This document shows, one piece after another, positions 1 through 13,755 of a DNA stretch of 64,000 nt (within the stretch, counting starts at the first letter, position 1; every line of letters begins with the position of its first letter). The position numbers and the translations under genes were made by a program. The DNA is from the human T2T-CHM13v2.0 reference genome, Homo sapiens, in the NCBI RefSeq assembly GCF_009914755.1, contig NC_060932.1; one strand, 5' to 3'. The notes below the pieces were generated by a model. It had not been told where the DNA came from, ran no database searches, and saw only the letters and a list, made by a program, of their open reading frames with translations.

Positions 1-531
1 TTATAACAGCAAATCTGGATATGTATAAATATATGCAATTAAAGACATGGTATAACAATTTATAGTACATCAACTTGATGAATAGAAAGTAATAACTATG
101 TTAATTTTAAGACCATATATAAAACATGAAACAGTTTTTTATGATTCAAGTACATAATCCAGGAAGAAAGTTCAGATACAAAAAGATTTAGAATTATGGA
201 TATGCCTTCCCAAAAAAATGTTTTTACACATTGTATGATATTTTAAATAATACTATTTAATTATCATATTTGTATATTTGATTTGTATAGAAAATCAGAA
301 GAGATGTTATAGTTGCTTTTCTTAAATTATCAACCAATCCTAAATCTCATAACTTTTATTTGATCATTTAGAGGCACTCATAAATCTTAGTTACTATAAA
401 ATATTTCATTTTAGTGGACTGCTCAGTTCTGGGGTTAATAAGTCAATAATATCCAATTTAAGTCCCTTTTTAATTTTCAGTGTTAGTTATTTACTGGTAA
501 ACATGGATTCATATGCTCATGTTGATTAGTG

Positions 532-566
532 CACACACACACACACACACACACACATGCACACAT
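532..566. repeat. (CA)n microsatellite
   Basis: cacacaca run with one tg interruption. Confidence 0.95.
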
Positions 567-1189
567 ATAAAGGAGCTCATTTTTATAACTAGTAGAAAAA
601 TCCTAATCTCCAAACTTGGAAAAGAGTTTTAAAACTCACCTTATTGATTTCTCTTTGCAGCTAATTTTACACATATATTGTCTTGAATCCTCACTGTCAA
701 TATATTCTCCCTCATATCTGATAGGTGACAAGTCACATTCTTTAACAAACCTTTGGAGGTTGTCACCATGGTCGGAGCTGGGGTCCTATGAGAATTGTTT
801 TTTCATCATCCCTATGCCTTTTGCATTGTATCTCTCTGTTCACATCAACATTTGTCACTGTTCTCTGCCTTTCATATCGGACACATTCAGCTTAATGATA
901 AATTAAAACTTAATAGAGAAGGGTAAAAAGTAATATTAGACCACAAGGTATCCTGTAGAATCTTTGTTCTCCAAAGGCTGTATAGCTATCTGTTCATATG
1001 CTTATAGAATAAATTGCACAATGTCAGAGTAGACAATACTACTGTTGCTTCAGTAACATGCTCACAGAGTGCAAGAATGTAAGTCAAAAGACAGGTGAAA
1101 CTGAACTTTTGAAATATATCCCAATTGCTTTTAATTGTACCTCTCCAAAAATGTAAATATAGTTAAAAGATTTTTTTAAATTTCTGTGT

Positions 1190-1402
1190 TAACATTTGCA
1201 TTTATTTAACAAACTCAGCATGCTCTTGGAGCTGATCTCTGTGCTTTTCAAATATGAACTCACTTAATTCTCAAAATGACCCATGAGGGTAGTGTTATTA
1301 TAGTCATTTTATATGTGTGAAAACTGAGACACATGGAGAAGTTAAAAAATGTGCCCAAGATCCCACAGCTTGTGAGTGAAGGTGGACCTCAAACCCTGGC
1401 AG
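1190..1402 (-). mobile_element. MIR SINE relic
   Basis: MIR core in reverse: cttaattctca...gaaaactgagac...gttaa...tgcccaagatcccacagct. Confidence 0.7.
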
Positions 1403-1611
1403 ACAATTCCTGGTCATGTGAGAAAAGAGGACTTCTCCTTGCAACACCTTGCAGGGTTCGGGGGTAAACTCTGTCAGATCCATAAAGCTATGAATCTCCT
1501 GTTAGGCTGATGGGATTTAATTGCAGCTCCACTATTAGAAAGTAAAAATAAAAGTACAATTATGTCTAATAGTTAAAAGATTGGCAAATAGTTAAAAATG
1601 TTTCCTTTCAC
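1241..1611 (+). repeat. Donor copy of a 371-bp dispersed duplication (second copy at 44388-45080)
   Basis: gtgcttttcaaatatgaactc...aaaatgtttcctttcac aligns end to end with 44388-44702 plus 45020-45080, about 90% identical by eye. Confidence 0.95.
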
Positions 1612-2249
1612 TCTTGAAAACATCTCTCAACAGCCTTTCTGATCATTGTTGTTTATTTTTTAAATGGATTATTTCAACATTTGTCAAATGCTAAATATAT
1701 TGGACTCTTTTTTTTTCTCTTTTGCTTGCTAGCGCTTTCCAGGGTCTAGTAAGAGGAAAGAAATCATGACCAACCTCTCCTGTCCCAAAAGCCTCCCAGG
1801 ATTACCCTTTTACCAGAAAATCTATTTTTATATAAAATAGATGGCTTCTGCTCATACCAAATTTTGAGCTGCTTCTAAGTGCTAGATAGAACTATTAAAG
1901 ATGTAGACTGACTTACTCACTATACACCATCTCTGGTCTCTATATTCAGTTCCATGCTCAGAAAAGTAAAGCAACAGTTTATCTAAAGTTCCACTCACCC
2001 AAGGAATCATTTATTGGATCATCACAATATTGAGAGGGGTTTATGGTTGTGGGAGAATTTCCATGCCAAAAATATTCAAAGGGCTTTGGCAGAAACATTT
2101 GTGTTCAGAAGCCAGGGTACACCTGGTCAGTCAAATTGTTGGGGCCTGGAACTGTCCATTTAGTGAGCTGTGATTTTAAATCACTTCATTCTTTGTATTT
2201 GTGTCTATGCAGTATACTCTCTTGGTGAAATGTGTATACATTTTTGTCA

Positions 2250-2605
2250 GACTTACTGAAATATGATTCACATACCATACAATTCATCATTTTAAAGTGT
2301 ACAATTCAATAGCTTTCAGTCTACTCACAGATATGTGCAACCATCACCATGGTCAATTTTAAGACATATTTATCACCTTGGAAAGAAAGCACCACCCCTT
2401 AGCTATCACAACCTGTGCATTCTTCTCCCCAGCTCTAAGAAACTACTAATCTAATTTCTGTCTCTATAGACTTGCCTCTACTGGATATGTCATATAAATG
2501 TGGTCTTTCGTGTTTGGCTTCTTTCACTTAGCACATATTTTTAAGGTTCACCCATGTAGCATGTATCAGAACTTCCTTTTTTATGGCTGAATAATATTCT
2601 ATCAT
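2250..2605 (-). mobile_element. Old L1 (L1MB7/8-like) 3' end fragment
   Basis: attcacataccatacaattca...aaagtgtacaattca...tgtgcaaccatcacca matches an L1MB 3' UTR in reverse. Confidence 0.75.
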
Positions 2606-3565
2606 ACATTTACTCTTAATATCTCTGCCTGTTACAGATATATGTATAATATTTAGCAAAATTTTCTGAACTAAAATTTAAATTTAGTTAGCCTTCACCT
2701 TCCCACTGATAAATTCTGAGAGGAATTTAGGCAATCCACTGTATATTTTATCTACATAACGTCATATGTTCATCTTTTGGAAACATCTGCGTTACAGATA
2801 GCAACTGACAGCTCTTACACGGATGCCTGGTCTTATATAAATCCAATATTATGGTTATCTATCTTTTGTCCACAGCATCTATGGGTTTTAACAATTTAAA
2901 GCATGTGAACATTTAAAGCTTATATTCCTCTTATACCATAACACTCTCCATAACAGTATGCATATGATTAGTATTTTTTCTATATGCCAATCAGTTATCC
3001 CAACCACAAATTTTATGCCATCGCTAAACAACAGAATTCAGTCTCTTGAGCCCTGATGCTCATGATTATCCCAGACAGACATGTTTGTGCATCTTCATAA
3101 ATTATTACTGCCTTACTAGTTTCAAATAATCTCCAAATATTGATTATTAAATGCAAACATGAGTTATGACATTTGGTAAACTTAAATATTGTTTCATCAG
3201 AGAAATGAAAAACTTAATTAGAAATCGTATCTAGTACAAAAGCCATTAACATAGAAAATCTGAGATCCGTTTAATAATTAATCGAGCCAACATGGTGACT
3301 TAGGGCTTATGGAAATATTAGAGGCAAGAAAGCTAATTTTATTGGTGCATTACTTGGGATAATTTAATGTCATTCAGAGGGTGGCAGATTTTTCACTTTT
3401 AGCCTTAGGTTAGAGTAACTATTAGATTTTAAAAAGTAGCTTTTCATAATAACGAGAGTTCATTCAAATAGATTTCCATGTCACTTGAAATTACCAATTT
3501 GTATAAATTTCATTAATAAAATTTTATATCACTTTTTGTAATCTTTCTAAATGAAAACAAGCTGT

Positions 3566-4170
3566 TTCATTCATTCAGCGAAACATATTCAGAAGCCCCT
3601 ACTCTGTAAGAGCACTATGCTGAGAGCTCAGAGACGCAAGGATGGAGATCAACTAAACAAGGTTGAATTGACGTGGTCCTTCCTGCTGTACCTTCCAGCC
3701 GGCCGTCAAAGTGCCATAACTTAGGACAGAAAATGAGAGTTCTAAACTTAATTTCTCAGTGCCATGAGAACTCATAGAAAGAAGTAGTGTTCAGAAAAGT
3801 TGTGATATTTAACTTCCATCTAAGGCGTTCACTCTTGGATGGGAAGAAGGGAAAAGGAATTCTATACAGAAGGAACAGCATTAGCAAATAAATAAAAATA
3901 AGAAGTCAGAGGAATAATGAGTGCAGTGCCCTTTGGCTTGAGCAAAGTGTTTATGAACAGAAGTAGTGGCTTAAAGCTGGAAAGAAAGGTTGAAGATAAT
4001 GATGAAGGGGCTTGAATGCCAAGTGAAGGCCTTGGGCCTTTGCAGTAAGTCAAATAAGGAACTATGTTTCAGTTTGTAAACAGGTGACATATATGGAGTC
4101 CTGAAGTAAGGAGGCTATTCTGAATGGCATGTGCAGGGTGGATCAGATATGCAGAAACAAGTATTAGGAT
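3566..4170 (-). mobile_element. L2 relics (fragmented)
   Basis: ttcattcattcag tail followed by degenerate L2 3' region; boundaries approximate. Confidence 0.5.
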
Positions 4171-4384
4171 ATTCCTAGAAAGCTTGGACCCATTCTCCCC
4201 AGAGTGCCCTGGAAATACCTGTCGCAGAAATTCAACCTCGAGGAGGACTTCACAGTGACATAAGTTTGACTGGCATCATGTTATACCACTTCTTGGAGAT
4301 TCACTATGTGAATTAACACATTAAAATTCCTGAGAAACTTTGCTGTTAAAAAACAAAACAAAAAAAACTCACGGAAAACAAAGT

Positions 4385-4680
4385 GAGAGACTCTGCCAGA
4401 TTAAAGGAGACTGAGGAAACACGACAACTAAATAAAACTTGTGACCCTAGACCAAAAAACAGACATTAATGAGACAACTGTTGAAAGTTGTATAAGGTCT
4501 GTGGATTAGATAACAGTATTGTGTCAATGTTAATTTCCTGGTTTTTATAATCATACTGTGGCTGTATAAGATGCTAACATTTGAGGAATATGGGTGAAGG
4601 ATATACAAAAATTCATTGCATTATTTTTTCAAATTTTTGGTAAGTCTGAAATTACTTCAAAATTAAACTTTAAAAATATT
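4385..4680 (+). mobile_element. Old L1 (L1MC/ME-like) 3' end
   Basis: agattaaaggagactga...caatgttaatttcctg...gtaagtctgaaatta...aaaa. Confidence 0.65.
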
Positions 4681-4791
4681 TTTATAATTAAAAGTATAAC
4701 TGCATTTCCAATCAATCATCTAAGATAAACACTTTTGGAAATACTCCCAGGAAAGACAGGGGAATTTATATCCACAGAGCAGCTGGGAGAA

Positions 4792-4852
4792 AGAGCTGGG
4801 TTGACAGAGTAAATGAGTTCAGAGCTGGGTTGACAGAGTAAATGAGTTCAGA
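4792..4852. repeat. Perfect 29-bp tandem duplication
   Basis: agagctgggttgacagagtaaatgagttc x2 plus aga. Confidence 0.95.
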
Positions 4853-5482
4853 TGTGGACACATGATGAATCTTGGCACCATTCTTGCCCTTAACATATTT
4901 TAGGTACATATACATGTTTTAAACCTAGTTACCTACTTGAGATAATGAAATCCCCTCTCTTGCTCTTTCAGTCAGAATGGTCCCTATTGCAATGACTGAC
5001 TGGGAAAGGGAAATTAGAGACAGAATTATCCAAATAATTCACAAGAATCCCAATATGAATTTTTGAGAACATGGTTTATTTCGTATCTCCACATTATTCA
5101 GAAGTAAACAATAAACTTGGGATTCTTCACTTAATATATGGTCCCTGGAGATTCTCAAATGGTTCCTCAAACCCTAACACTCTAGTATTATCAGTAAAGA
5201 CATAGTTAATCACACTCTTTTTTCTATAACCTGTAAAACAATGAAAACACAAAGTAATCTTTTAAAAATTACATTCTCTTAACCATAAAACAATAACCAC
5301 ATCAAAATTATTGTCTGAATTTTAGTTTTTTATATAAATGGATTTTTGGTGAAAACTTATTTAATATGATACCTTACTAATTTAATTACATAGAACCTTC
5401 ATGGATGGGTTGTTCTGGAGATCTAAATAAAGGATTAGTCTTGAGTGTGAAAACTTGCTAAATTTTAACAATATTTAATTTA

Positions 5483-5533
5483 GTAATGGTAGAAATCAAT
5501 TCAATGATTTGTAATGGTAGAAATCAATTCAAT
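5483..5533. repeat. 23-bp direct repeat with 28-bp period
   Basis: gtaatggtagaaatcaattcaat at 5483 and 5511. Confidence 0.9.
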
Positions 5534-5867
5534 TCTCCATTTCTTCATCAATGGAGTAATAGGATTAGAAATGTGCCTAAGTAAGATGAATTATGTAGCA
5601 GTTGCAGACTATATTTCAGGGAAGATTTAGAGTCAGAACAGTCCTGCAGATAGGTGGGGGCTTATGAAAGCCTGAGCTAGAATAGCATGAAGAATGTGGA
5701 ACTAGAGAGACTTATCAGACGGACATCAAATCATGAGAACATGGTCATTAATTGGATAAGACAGCAATTGAAAGAAAAATCCCAAAGATAATACTCAGAT
5801 TTTGAGCCTAGGTGACAAGTGAAATTGCAGTAATGCTGCAGAAAGAGGGAAATAATGATTAGAAAGT

Positions 5868-6958
5868 ACATAGGCATGGGCAAGGACTTCATGTCTAAAA
5901 CACCAAAAGCAATGGCAACAAAAGCCAAAATTGACAAATGGGATCTAATTAAACTAAAGAGGTTCTGCACAGCAAAAGAAACTACCATCAGAGTGAACAG
6001 GCAACCTACAAAATGGGAGAAAATTTTTGCAATCTACTCATCTGACACAGGGCTGATACCCAGAATCTACATAGAACTCAAACAAATTTACAAATTTACA
6101 AGAAAAAAACAAACAACCCCATCAACAAGTGGGTGAAGGATATGAACAGATACTTCTCAAAAGAAGACATTTATGCAGCCAATAGACACATGAAAGAATG
6201 CTCATCATCACTGGCCATCAGAGAAATGCAAATCAAAACCACAATGAGATACCATCTCATGCCACTTAGAATGGCGATCATTAAAAAGTCAGGAAACAAC
6301 AGATGCTGGAGGTGATGTGGAGTAATAGGAACACTTTTACACTGTTGGTGAGACTGTAAACTAGTTCAACCATTGTGGAAGTCAGTGTGGCGATTCCTCA
6401 GGGATCTAGAACTAGAAATACCATTTGACCCAGCAATCCCATTACTGGGTATATACCCAAAGGATTATAAATCATGCTACTATAAAGACACATGCACGTG
6501 TATGTTTATTGCAGCACTATTCACAATAGCAAAGACTTGGAACCAACTCAAATGGCCAACAATGATAGACTGGATTAAGAAAATGTGGCACATATACACC
6601 ATGGAATACCATGCAGCCATAAAATATGATGAATTCATGTCCTTTGTAGGGACATGGATGAAGCTGGAAACCATCATTCTCAGCAAACTATCGCAAGGAC
6701 AAAAAACCAAACACCACATGTTCTCACTCATAGGTTGGAATTGAACAATGAGAACACATGGACACAGGAAGGGGAACATCACACACTGGGGCCTGTTGTG
6801 GTGTGGGGGGAGGGGGGAGGGATAGCATTAGGAGATATACCTAATGTTAAATGACGAGTTAATGGGTGCAGCACACCAACATGGCACATGTATACATATG
6901 TAACAAACCTGCACGTTGTGCACATGTACCCTAAAACTTAAAGTATAATTTAAAAAAA
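5868..6958 (+). mobile_element. 5'-truncated L1PA (L1PA4-like): ORF2 C-terminus and 3' UTR
   Basis: ORF2 peptides [17 protein letters not shown]...FSLIG; 3' UTR ctaatgttaaatgacgag...caccaacatgg; short A tail; TSD not clear. Confidence 0.95.
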
Positions 6959-8160
6959 GGCACTGGGAGGTAAACTTTAGTCATTTCATTTAATCTATCA
7001 CATAATTAAAAAATAGTTTAATTTTAATTTAAGGAAGAGAGTCAAAGAATTATTCCTGGCAGTCAGGAACCTTAACAAATCCTGGGGTACAGGAAGCCTC
7101 TGCACCTGTCGGCAAGGTGGGGAGTTCTCTCAACGGGTAACGTCAGGTATTGCTTAGCACTTTACATCTACTGCATCCTACTTTTGCTTACTTTTGATTT
7201 ACCTTTTCTATTTCTCCTAGTAGGTTTGTCCTAGAAGGATTTTTTAAAATTTTTTAATTTTTCTTTTCTGTTTTTTTACCACCTTGCCTTGGACATAACA
7301 GGCTCACAGTGTATACTGCATAATTACTAGCATATGAGACATTTATGTATAGGTAAGCAAAACTAAATGAACTAATTGTAGAGAGTCAAAAGTCAGGTGG
7401 AGGAAGGAAAACTGTGCTGCAAAGTAATGACAGCATGTGTTGTGTGCTCTGTAATTTACTTTAAATAATGTTCTGTGTATGCATACTGGGTTTGCTGCTT
7501 ATCCTGGGGAGGTGGGGGAGGACGGGGGTGGATTGGTCAGTTGTGCTCAGCTCACACTTAGAGTATGCGAATCAGAAGGGTGGTTCACAGCTGAAGGACT
7601 CTAAACAAAAGCCCACATGTCAGAGACAGCTTCTAAAAGCTTTTAGCATCTACTCCCTGATCAACACCAAGAAGTGTTTACTTAGTATATTGAGTATCAG
7701 AAACGATGTTATCTTGGTCAGATGAATGGATCTCAAGTTAAATGAATTGACTGGATGTATTCTTCAGGCATTCCTAGTTGCTTTGCCTTCACAGAGCATC
7801 TGAATGCAGTGAGCTTCTGGCCCTATGCTTTGTTCAGATAATTGAGGATTCCATTGCCTGACTCCAGTTGGAAGTATGGCTGCATCTTCTATTAGAATAT
7901 TGTCAGAAGCAGCTCTTCATATTGCCGAAAAGAACAGACAGCTGGGACTTTAGCAAGCTTGCAGAATAGGTTTTGTAACTGCTTTTATGCTGCTTGCTAA
8001 TAAATATCGGTATGTGTTAAGACAGAGTTTATATTGAGACTTACTTGATTTCTGGTAGCTAGGTTGTGGGAGAGAAACAATTTGGCCCTTTACTTCCTCT
8101 AGATATCTACTCCCCCCAAAAAAGATGTTATGATTGTAAATAATCAAATTAGTTTAGTTA

Positions 8161-8516
<356 letters not shown>

Positions 8517-8519
8517 ACA

Positions 8520-8990
8520 TGGCATTTGAGCTGAAATGAACTCATTTGAATACTGGGGCTAAGAATATTCCAAGGGAAACAAAAATTCATATGGGTAGAA
8601 CTTAGCAAGTAAAGAAAAGAGTGATGGAAGATGAAATTAGAGAAGTAAGTAGATGTTAAAGAAGATGTGACACACAATTTAAGACATTAGGATGGTGTCA
8701 CCATATTTTAACCAGAAGAATGGCATATTCTAAATTTAGGAAAGCAACTCTGGAACTACTCAAGAGAATGGATTAGAGAGAACAAGGCTATCACAGTAGA
8801 CCACATGACAGAAGATGGTAGATTGGCTTTGGTGGTAGCAGCAGAAATAGAAATGCCTAGACAACAGTTCTTGCAGGAAAAGAGGAAGTGGTATGTTAGG
8901 TAAAGGAAAAAAGAGGATGAGGCTTAGGTTTTGGATCTGAGCAACAGGATAGATGATACTGCTGCTTACTGAGATGACAGAGTTGAGAGA
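8520..8990 (-). mobile_element. L2 relic
   Basis: Degenerate L2-like sequence (gcatttgagctga..., ggttttggatctgagcaac...). Confidence 0.5.
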
Positions 8991-9113
8991 TTTTGCTCCA
9001 CTGGTAGCTTGTATCTTTTTTAAACTTGAATAAAAAGTACAGTACAAACACAGACTAAAAAAAAAATTCAATAATTAGAGAAATCTTTCTAGATCTATCA
9101 AACAACTTATATA

Positions 9114-9392
9114 GGCTGGGCACAGTGGCTCACACCTGTAATCCCAGCACTTCGGAGGCCAAGGCAGGCAGATCACGAGGTCAGGAGATCGAGGCCATCC
9201 TGGCTAATATGGTGAAACCCCATCTCTACTAAAAATACAAAAACTAGCCGGGCATGGTGGCGGGCGCCTGTAGTCCCAGCTACTCAGGAGGCTAAGGCAG
9301 GAGAATGGCGTGAACCCAGGAGGCGGAGCTTGCAGTGAACCGAGATCGAGGCACTGAACTCCAGCCTGGGCAACAAGTGCGAGACTCCGTCT

Positions 9393-9432
<40 letters not shown>
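9114..9432 (+). mobile_element. AluY-like with pure A39 tail
   Basis: gatcacgaggtcaggagatcgag, ggctaa, ggcgtgaaccc, ggagcttgc diagnostics; TSD aacttatata at 9104 and 9431. Confidence 0.95.
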
Positions 9433-9434
<2 letters not shown>

Positions 9435-9899
9435 TATATAGTCAGCCTAAAAAGAAGTATCATCTAGAAACAGAAAGTATGCCTTCTCAGATTGGAAAAC
9501 CTGGCTACTCCAGTGGTTCGGAATTGATTGTCATTTCATAATGGCTTAAAGCAATTAGTGTGTATCAGCATTTACCTTTGACTAAAAATAAAACTGCTAA
9601 CAAGAAAGCTACAGGGAAGTGGTATTCTTTATTTAAATTGATTAATGTAAACAGCTCTTTCATTTAAAATTGATTTACATAAATTCAAGAAAATATTTGC
9701 AATACACAATTATTACTTAGTAACAGAGATAATCAGGAAGTCCTGCAGACAATGAAACGTGAACAATTAAAATATTCAGGATACACAAAGCTTTTAATTA
9801 ATGAGCTAAACTAATCCAAATAAGCAGGGAACTGTGTTGTAAGGCTTGGCTATCATGGATTTTGAAGTCAATGATTACAAGAAGAAGAATCACAGCTAC

Positions 9900-10375
9900 T
9901 GTTAAGAGTTAACGAAAGAGGAAAGAAATATGAAAAGCAGCTCAACAGTCAAAGACAGGTTTATTTTGGAGAATAAACCTGAGAGGGGCTTCTGGCCGAT
10001 TTCAGTCAGGCACATTCTCTCTTACAGGCTAAGAGTATTTAAGGGTTCAGGGCAAGAAAACTTATCACAGGCTTGGAATGTGTCTGTGTGAAGGAGAAGT
10101 TTATTGAGGGGTTGTAATGTCTCTGGTCAGAGGGGAGGTTCGGGCTGACATCTCTCTGGTTGGGGAGGTTATATCAGGCTGGCATGTCTCTGGTTAGGGA
10201 GGGGTTTACCTTAGGTTTGGAATGTTTCCAGTTGGAGATGTCATTTGTGGTTTATGATTATGCCGACCTTAGCCATTTGGCTGATGCCCTTTGGGTTGGA
10301 TTTAGATGGTTTTTGATCAAGAGGAACTTTAAAATGGCAGTGCCTGTCCAAGATGGTGATGTTCCTGCTCTGTCA
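9900..10375 (-). mobile_element. ERV1 solo LTR, MER61-like
   Basis: TG...CA termini; reverse starts tgacagagcaggaacatcaccatcttggaca; TSD gctac at 9895 and 10376; interrupts a MIR. Confidence 0.8.
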
Positions 10376-10380
10376 GCTAC

Positions 10381-10545
10381 CCTGTACTGAACATATTCCA
10401 TGTGCCTGGTATCTTTCTTTGAAGTACTATTTTGCAGAATCTTCTTGAGAATAATGTGAGGTAGGCTTTATTATTTCTATATATGAAGAAACTGGGACAT
10501 AAAGAAAATAAGTATTTTGTTCAAGGTCCTGTGGCCAGTGTTGGG
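10381..10545 (-). mobile_element. MIR relic (split by the LTR)
   Basis: tgtgcctgg...gtgaggtagg...gaagaaactg...ttgttcaaggtc. Confidence 0.55.
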
Positions 10546-10645
10546 GAGAGGGCATTAATCTTGGTTCTGATGTATCTCAACACTGCTGTACTTACTGAGG
10601 TTACTTTGTTAGTACATAGAATAAAAGGTAATATACAAATAAGTA

Positions 10646-10851
10646 TTTTTTTTTTGAGACAGAGCCTTGCTCTGTTGCCCAGGCTGGAGTGCAGTGGCAT
10701 GATTATAGTCACTCCAGCCTTGAACTCCTGGGCTCAAGCAATCCTCCCACCTTACCTTCCTAAATAGCTAGAACTACAAGCGTGTGCCACCATACCTGGC
10801 TAGTATTTTCATTTTTTGTAGATACAAGGTCTCAATATGTTCCCCAGGCTT
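10646..10851 (-). mobile_element. 5'-truncated AluJ
   Basis: Poly-T, right arm and part of left arm; TSD aaataagt at 10637 and 10853. Confidence 0.9.
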
Positions 10852-11131
10852 GAAATAAGTGCATTTTAAAATACATGCGTTGGAAAGATATTAGAGTTAT
10901 AAAGAGTCAATTTGCAAATTTCGTCTGCTTGACAATGTCATACAGGTCAAAATCCTCAAATCATGAGATTTATGTGTCCTACATGTACTGGACAAAGAAA
11001 ACAAATTCTTTTCAAGCTATTCTCATTAATGGAATTAACTATCAGAAGGAAAATCCAATTATCAGATAATTTTTTAGGTGGGGCTTTGGAAGATTATTCT
11101 GTGCTTACATGTGAACATGAAATTATGTCAG

Positions 11132-11463
<332 letters not shown>

Positions 11464-12399
11464 TTATGTCAGATTCAGGTACTGGATGAAAAACAAATAC
11501 GGAAATCAGAGCATGAGTGTGCAAATCATAGAAAGATTTCATTCTCTTATTTCTAGAACCCCTTCTCAACCTGGCTAGTACTTCCTTCAGCCCCTCTAAC
11601 TTTCAGATTGATGGAAAGGACCTGCCTAAGCAGAATTCACCTGCCCCTAATCTAGAAAGGTGCTCTTTCTTGAGCAGATGTGGTAAATTCAGTTTTTATC
11701 TTCTTTCCTTACCACTGAGTCAGAATTTATATTTATATAGGAGCTAGGGTATAAGAAAGGATGAGTCAACAATAATCCAATACCTTTTTATATAAGAAGT
11801 TAATTACATTACCTTGGTTAATCATAAAATCTGTCTTGATGTTGCAGATGATTCTATTAGATTTAATTGAATAAAAGAAAGCTTTAAATCATATTCGAGT
11901 AAATATGTACCAGGTATAAATTGTCAATATATAACTATAATTCTGTATGTGTGTATGCATATATAATTACTATAAATGAATTTTTTTCATCTATTAAACT
12001 CAGTATTTTATATTCCACTTCAGTACAAGACTTTCTATAAGATTAGTATTCATATTCAATTAATATTTCATTATAATTTTAAAAATATACTTTAAAAATA
12101 CAATTAAAATTTTATCAAATCAAGCCAGAATATTTATTGCTGAGTTGTTTTGATGCTACTTTGCAAATTACTTGAATCTTTCTTGCTTGCTTTATTTCCA
12201 TTATAGTCATCAACATCAAGTATTGATTGATTTACCTTTGGCCTAGCACTAAACCGGGTAGATTCCGTATCTCAATATAACAGATATAAAACATGTTGAC
12301 ACAGTCCTATGCTGATGATTATTGGTTATTAGAATAACACAGAGGAAAAGAGAAAAAATTATCTGACAACTATTAGTGGAGGCATATAATAGATTTTAT

Positions 12400-12575
12400 G
12401 ATTAATCAAGTAACGTAATAACTACTTTATTAACTCATTTGATGTTCCTAGCAATGTTATTATTAGCTCCATTTCACAAATAAGAAAACTAAGGCAAGAA
12501 AATGCTATTCGGCTTGCCTAGAATCATACACCAAGCAAGTGGCAGAACTGAGATTTGAAACCAGTACTCTGGCTC
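12400..12575 (-). mobile_element. MIR relic
   Basis: ccatttcacaaataagaaaactaaggc...aagtggcagaactgagatttgaaacc. Confidence 0.7.
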
Positions 12576-12697
12576 CACCAGGTGTCTGCTAAACACCCCC
12601 TCTGTATTTTGATTCTCTGATAAAGATTAACTTCAGAATTGGCTTCCAATAAGATATAAAAGACACTTCCAATTTTCTTTGAAATTTATGGGTGAGA

Positions 12698-13755
12698 GGG
12701 TTCCTAGTTGCTATTTTCCTGAGCCAGATGCTGAAATGAAGACTTGAGTGCAGATCATTGATGTAGGAGGTGATCCCAGGACACACAAGTGAGAAAGGAA
12801 GGAGAAAACCCAGGAAAGGGTAGGCTATTGAGCAAAAAAACCTTATCCACTATGAGTGACAGGGCTCAATTCCCTGGAGATTTTCCCCTCAATTTGGAGT
12901 GTGTACTATATAGCTCAGAAATTCCTCACTGAGGGGCAAAGAAGCTGGAGTATTTACTTGTCCACCAAATCCCATCCCTATTTTGTTGAGGGCTTTCTAA
13001 GAACATTAAACCTATGACATTCCAGGATGCCCTGGTTTGGGCTTGAGCAGGTTCCCTTGGGGACAGAATAAGCCTCAGCCCCACCCCCCGACCCCGGCGA
13101 GCATCACAGTAGCCAGTATGTAGGAAAACTGTCCATTATAGCTTCAGGTTAACTTGCAGATTGGCCATGAGAATAGGGAGCAGGGAATCCAGCAAGGAGT
13201 AGTGGACATCTATTGTCTTTGCCTGCCAGTTTCCATTCCCCTAACTTTTTATAATAGTACCTCAATTCCCTTTTAGTTAGAGAGCTACACACTTAATTCT
13301 TTCCCTCCGCATGGTGAAGGTGGGTTCTCATTAGGATGGAGCTGACCCCACTATCCTCCAGGCTCTGGATTGGACATGAGACACAGGAATTGTCAGTCAG
13401 CATATTTCTTGCTTTGGATCTAATAGTTGGCTTAGGAATAGTCATATGAGATAAACTGGTCCCTGCATTTCAACTCAATGACTCTTAACTATTGGAGAAG
13501 ATAAATTCTCACCTCCCCTCCAAGGCTGCTGAATTAGGAGGGCATACACCTGAAGAGGCTGGTGACCACCTCATGGAAAGCACCTACAAGAGAGGAAAGC
13601 AGGGCTGTAAAACAGAGAGACACACGCAGATACAGACAGGCAGACAGAGGATCCAGTTATGCTCAACCCAGCTCTACCCTTGGACTTTTCAATTACATGA
13701 GTCGATAAACTCTTTTTTTTTTCTTAAATCAGTTTGAGGAGAGTTTCTCTTACCA
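12698..13755. mobile_element. One or two ancient ERVL-type LTR relics (LTR16/LTR33-like)
   Basis: ttgagtgcag...ggaggtgatcccagga and tggacttttcaattacatgag...aataaa-like end; family uncertain. Confidence 0.45.

Noticed and set aside
616-906. 96-aa plus-strand ORF, and a minus-strand open stretch ECVRYERQRTVTNVDVNREIQCKRHRDDEKTILIGPQLRPW
   Set aside because: Non-ATG start, weak splice signals and no recognised homology; chance ORFs of this length are expected
4792-5533. CRISPR-like short direct repeats
   Set aside because: Only two units each, no spacer array, no cas genes, eukaryotic context
6788-6821. G-quadruplex-like G-rich tract
   Set aside because: Standard feature of L1PA 3' UTRs
5868-6958. 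Local copy of the L1 at 33.7 kb
   Set aside because: It has its own tail and I saw no shared private variants; independent insertions of the same subfamily
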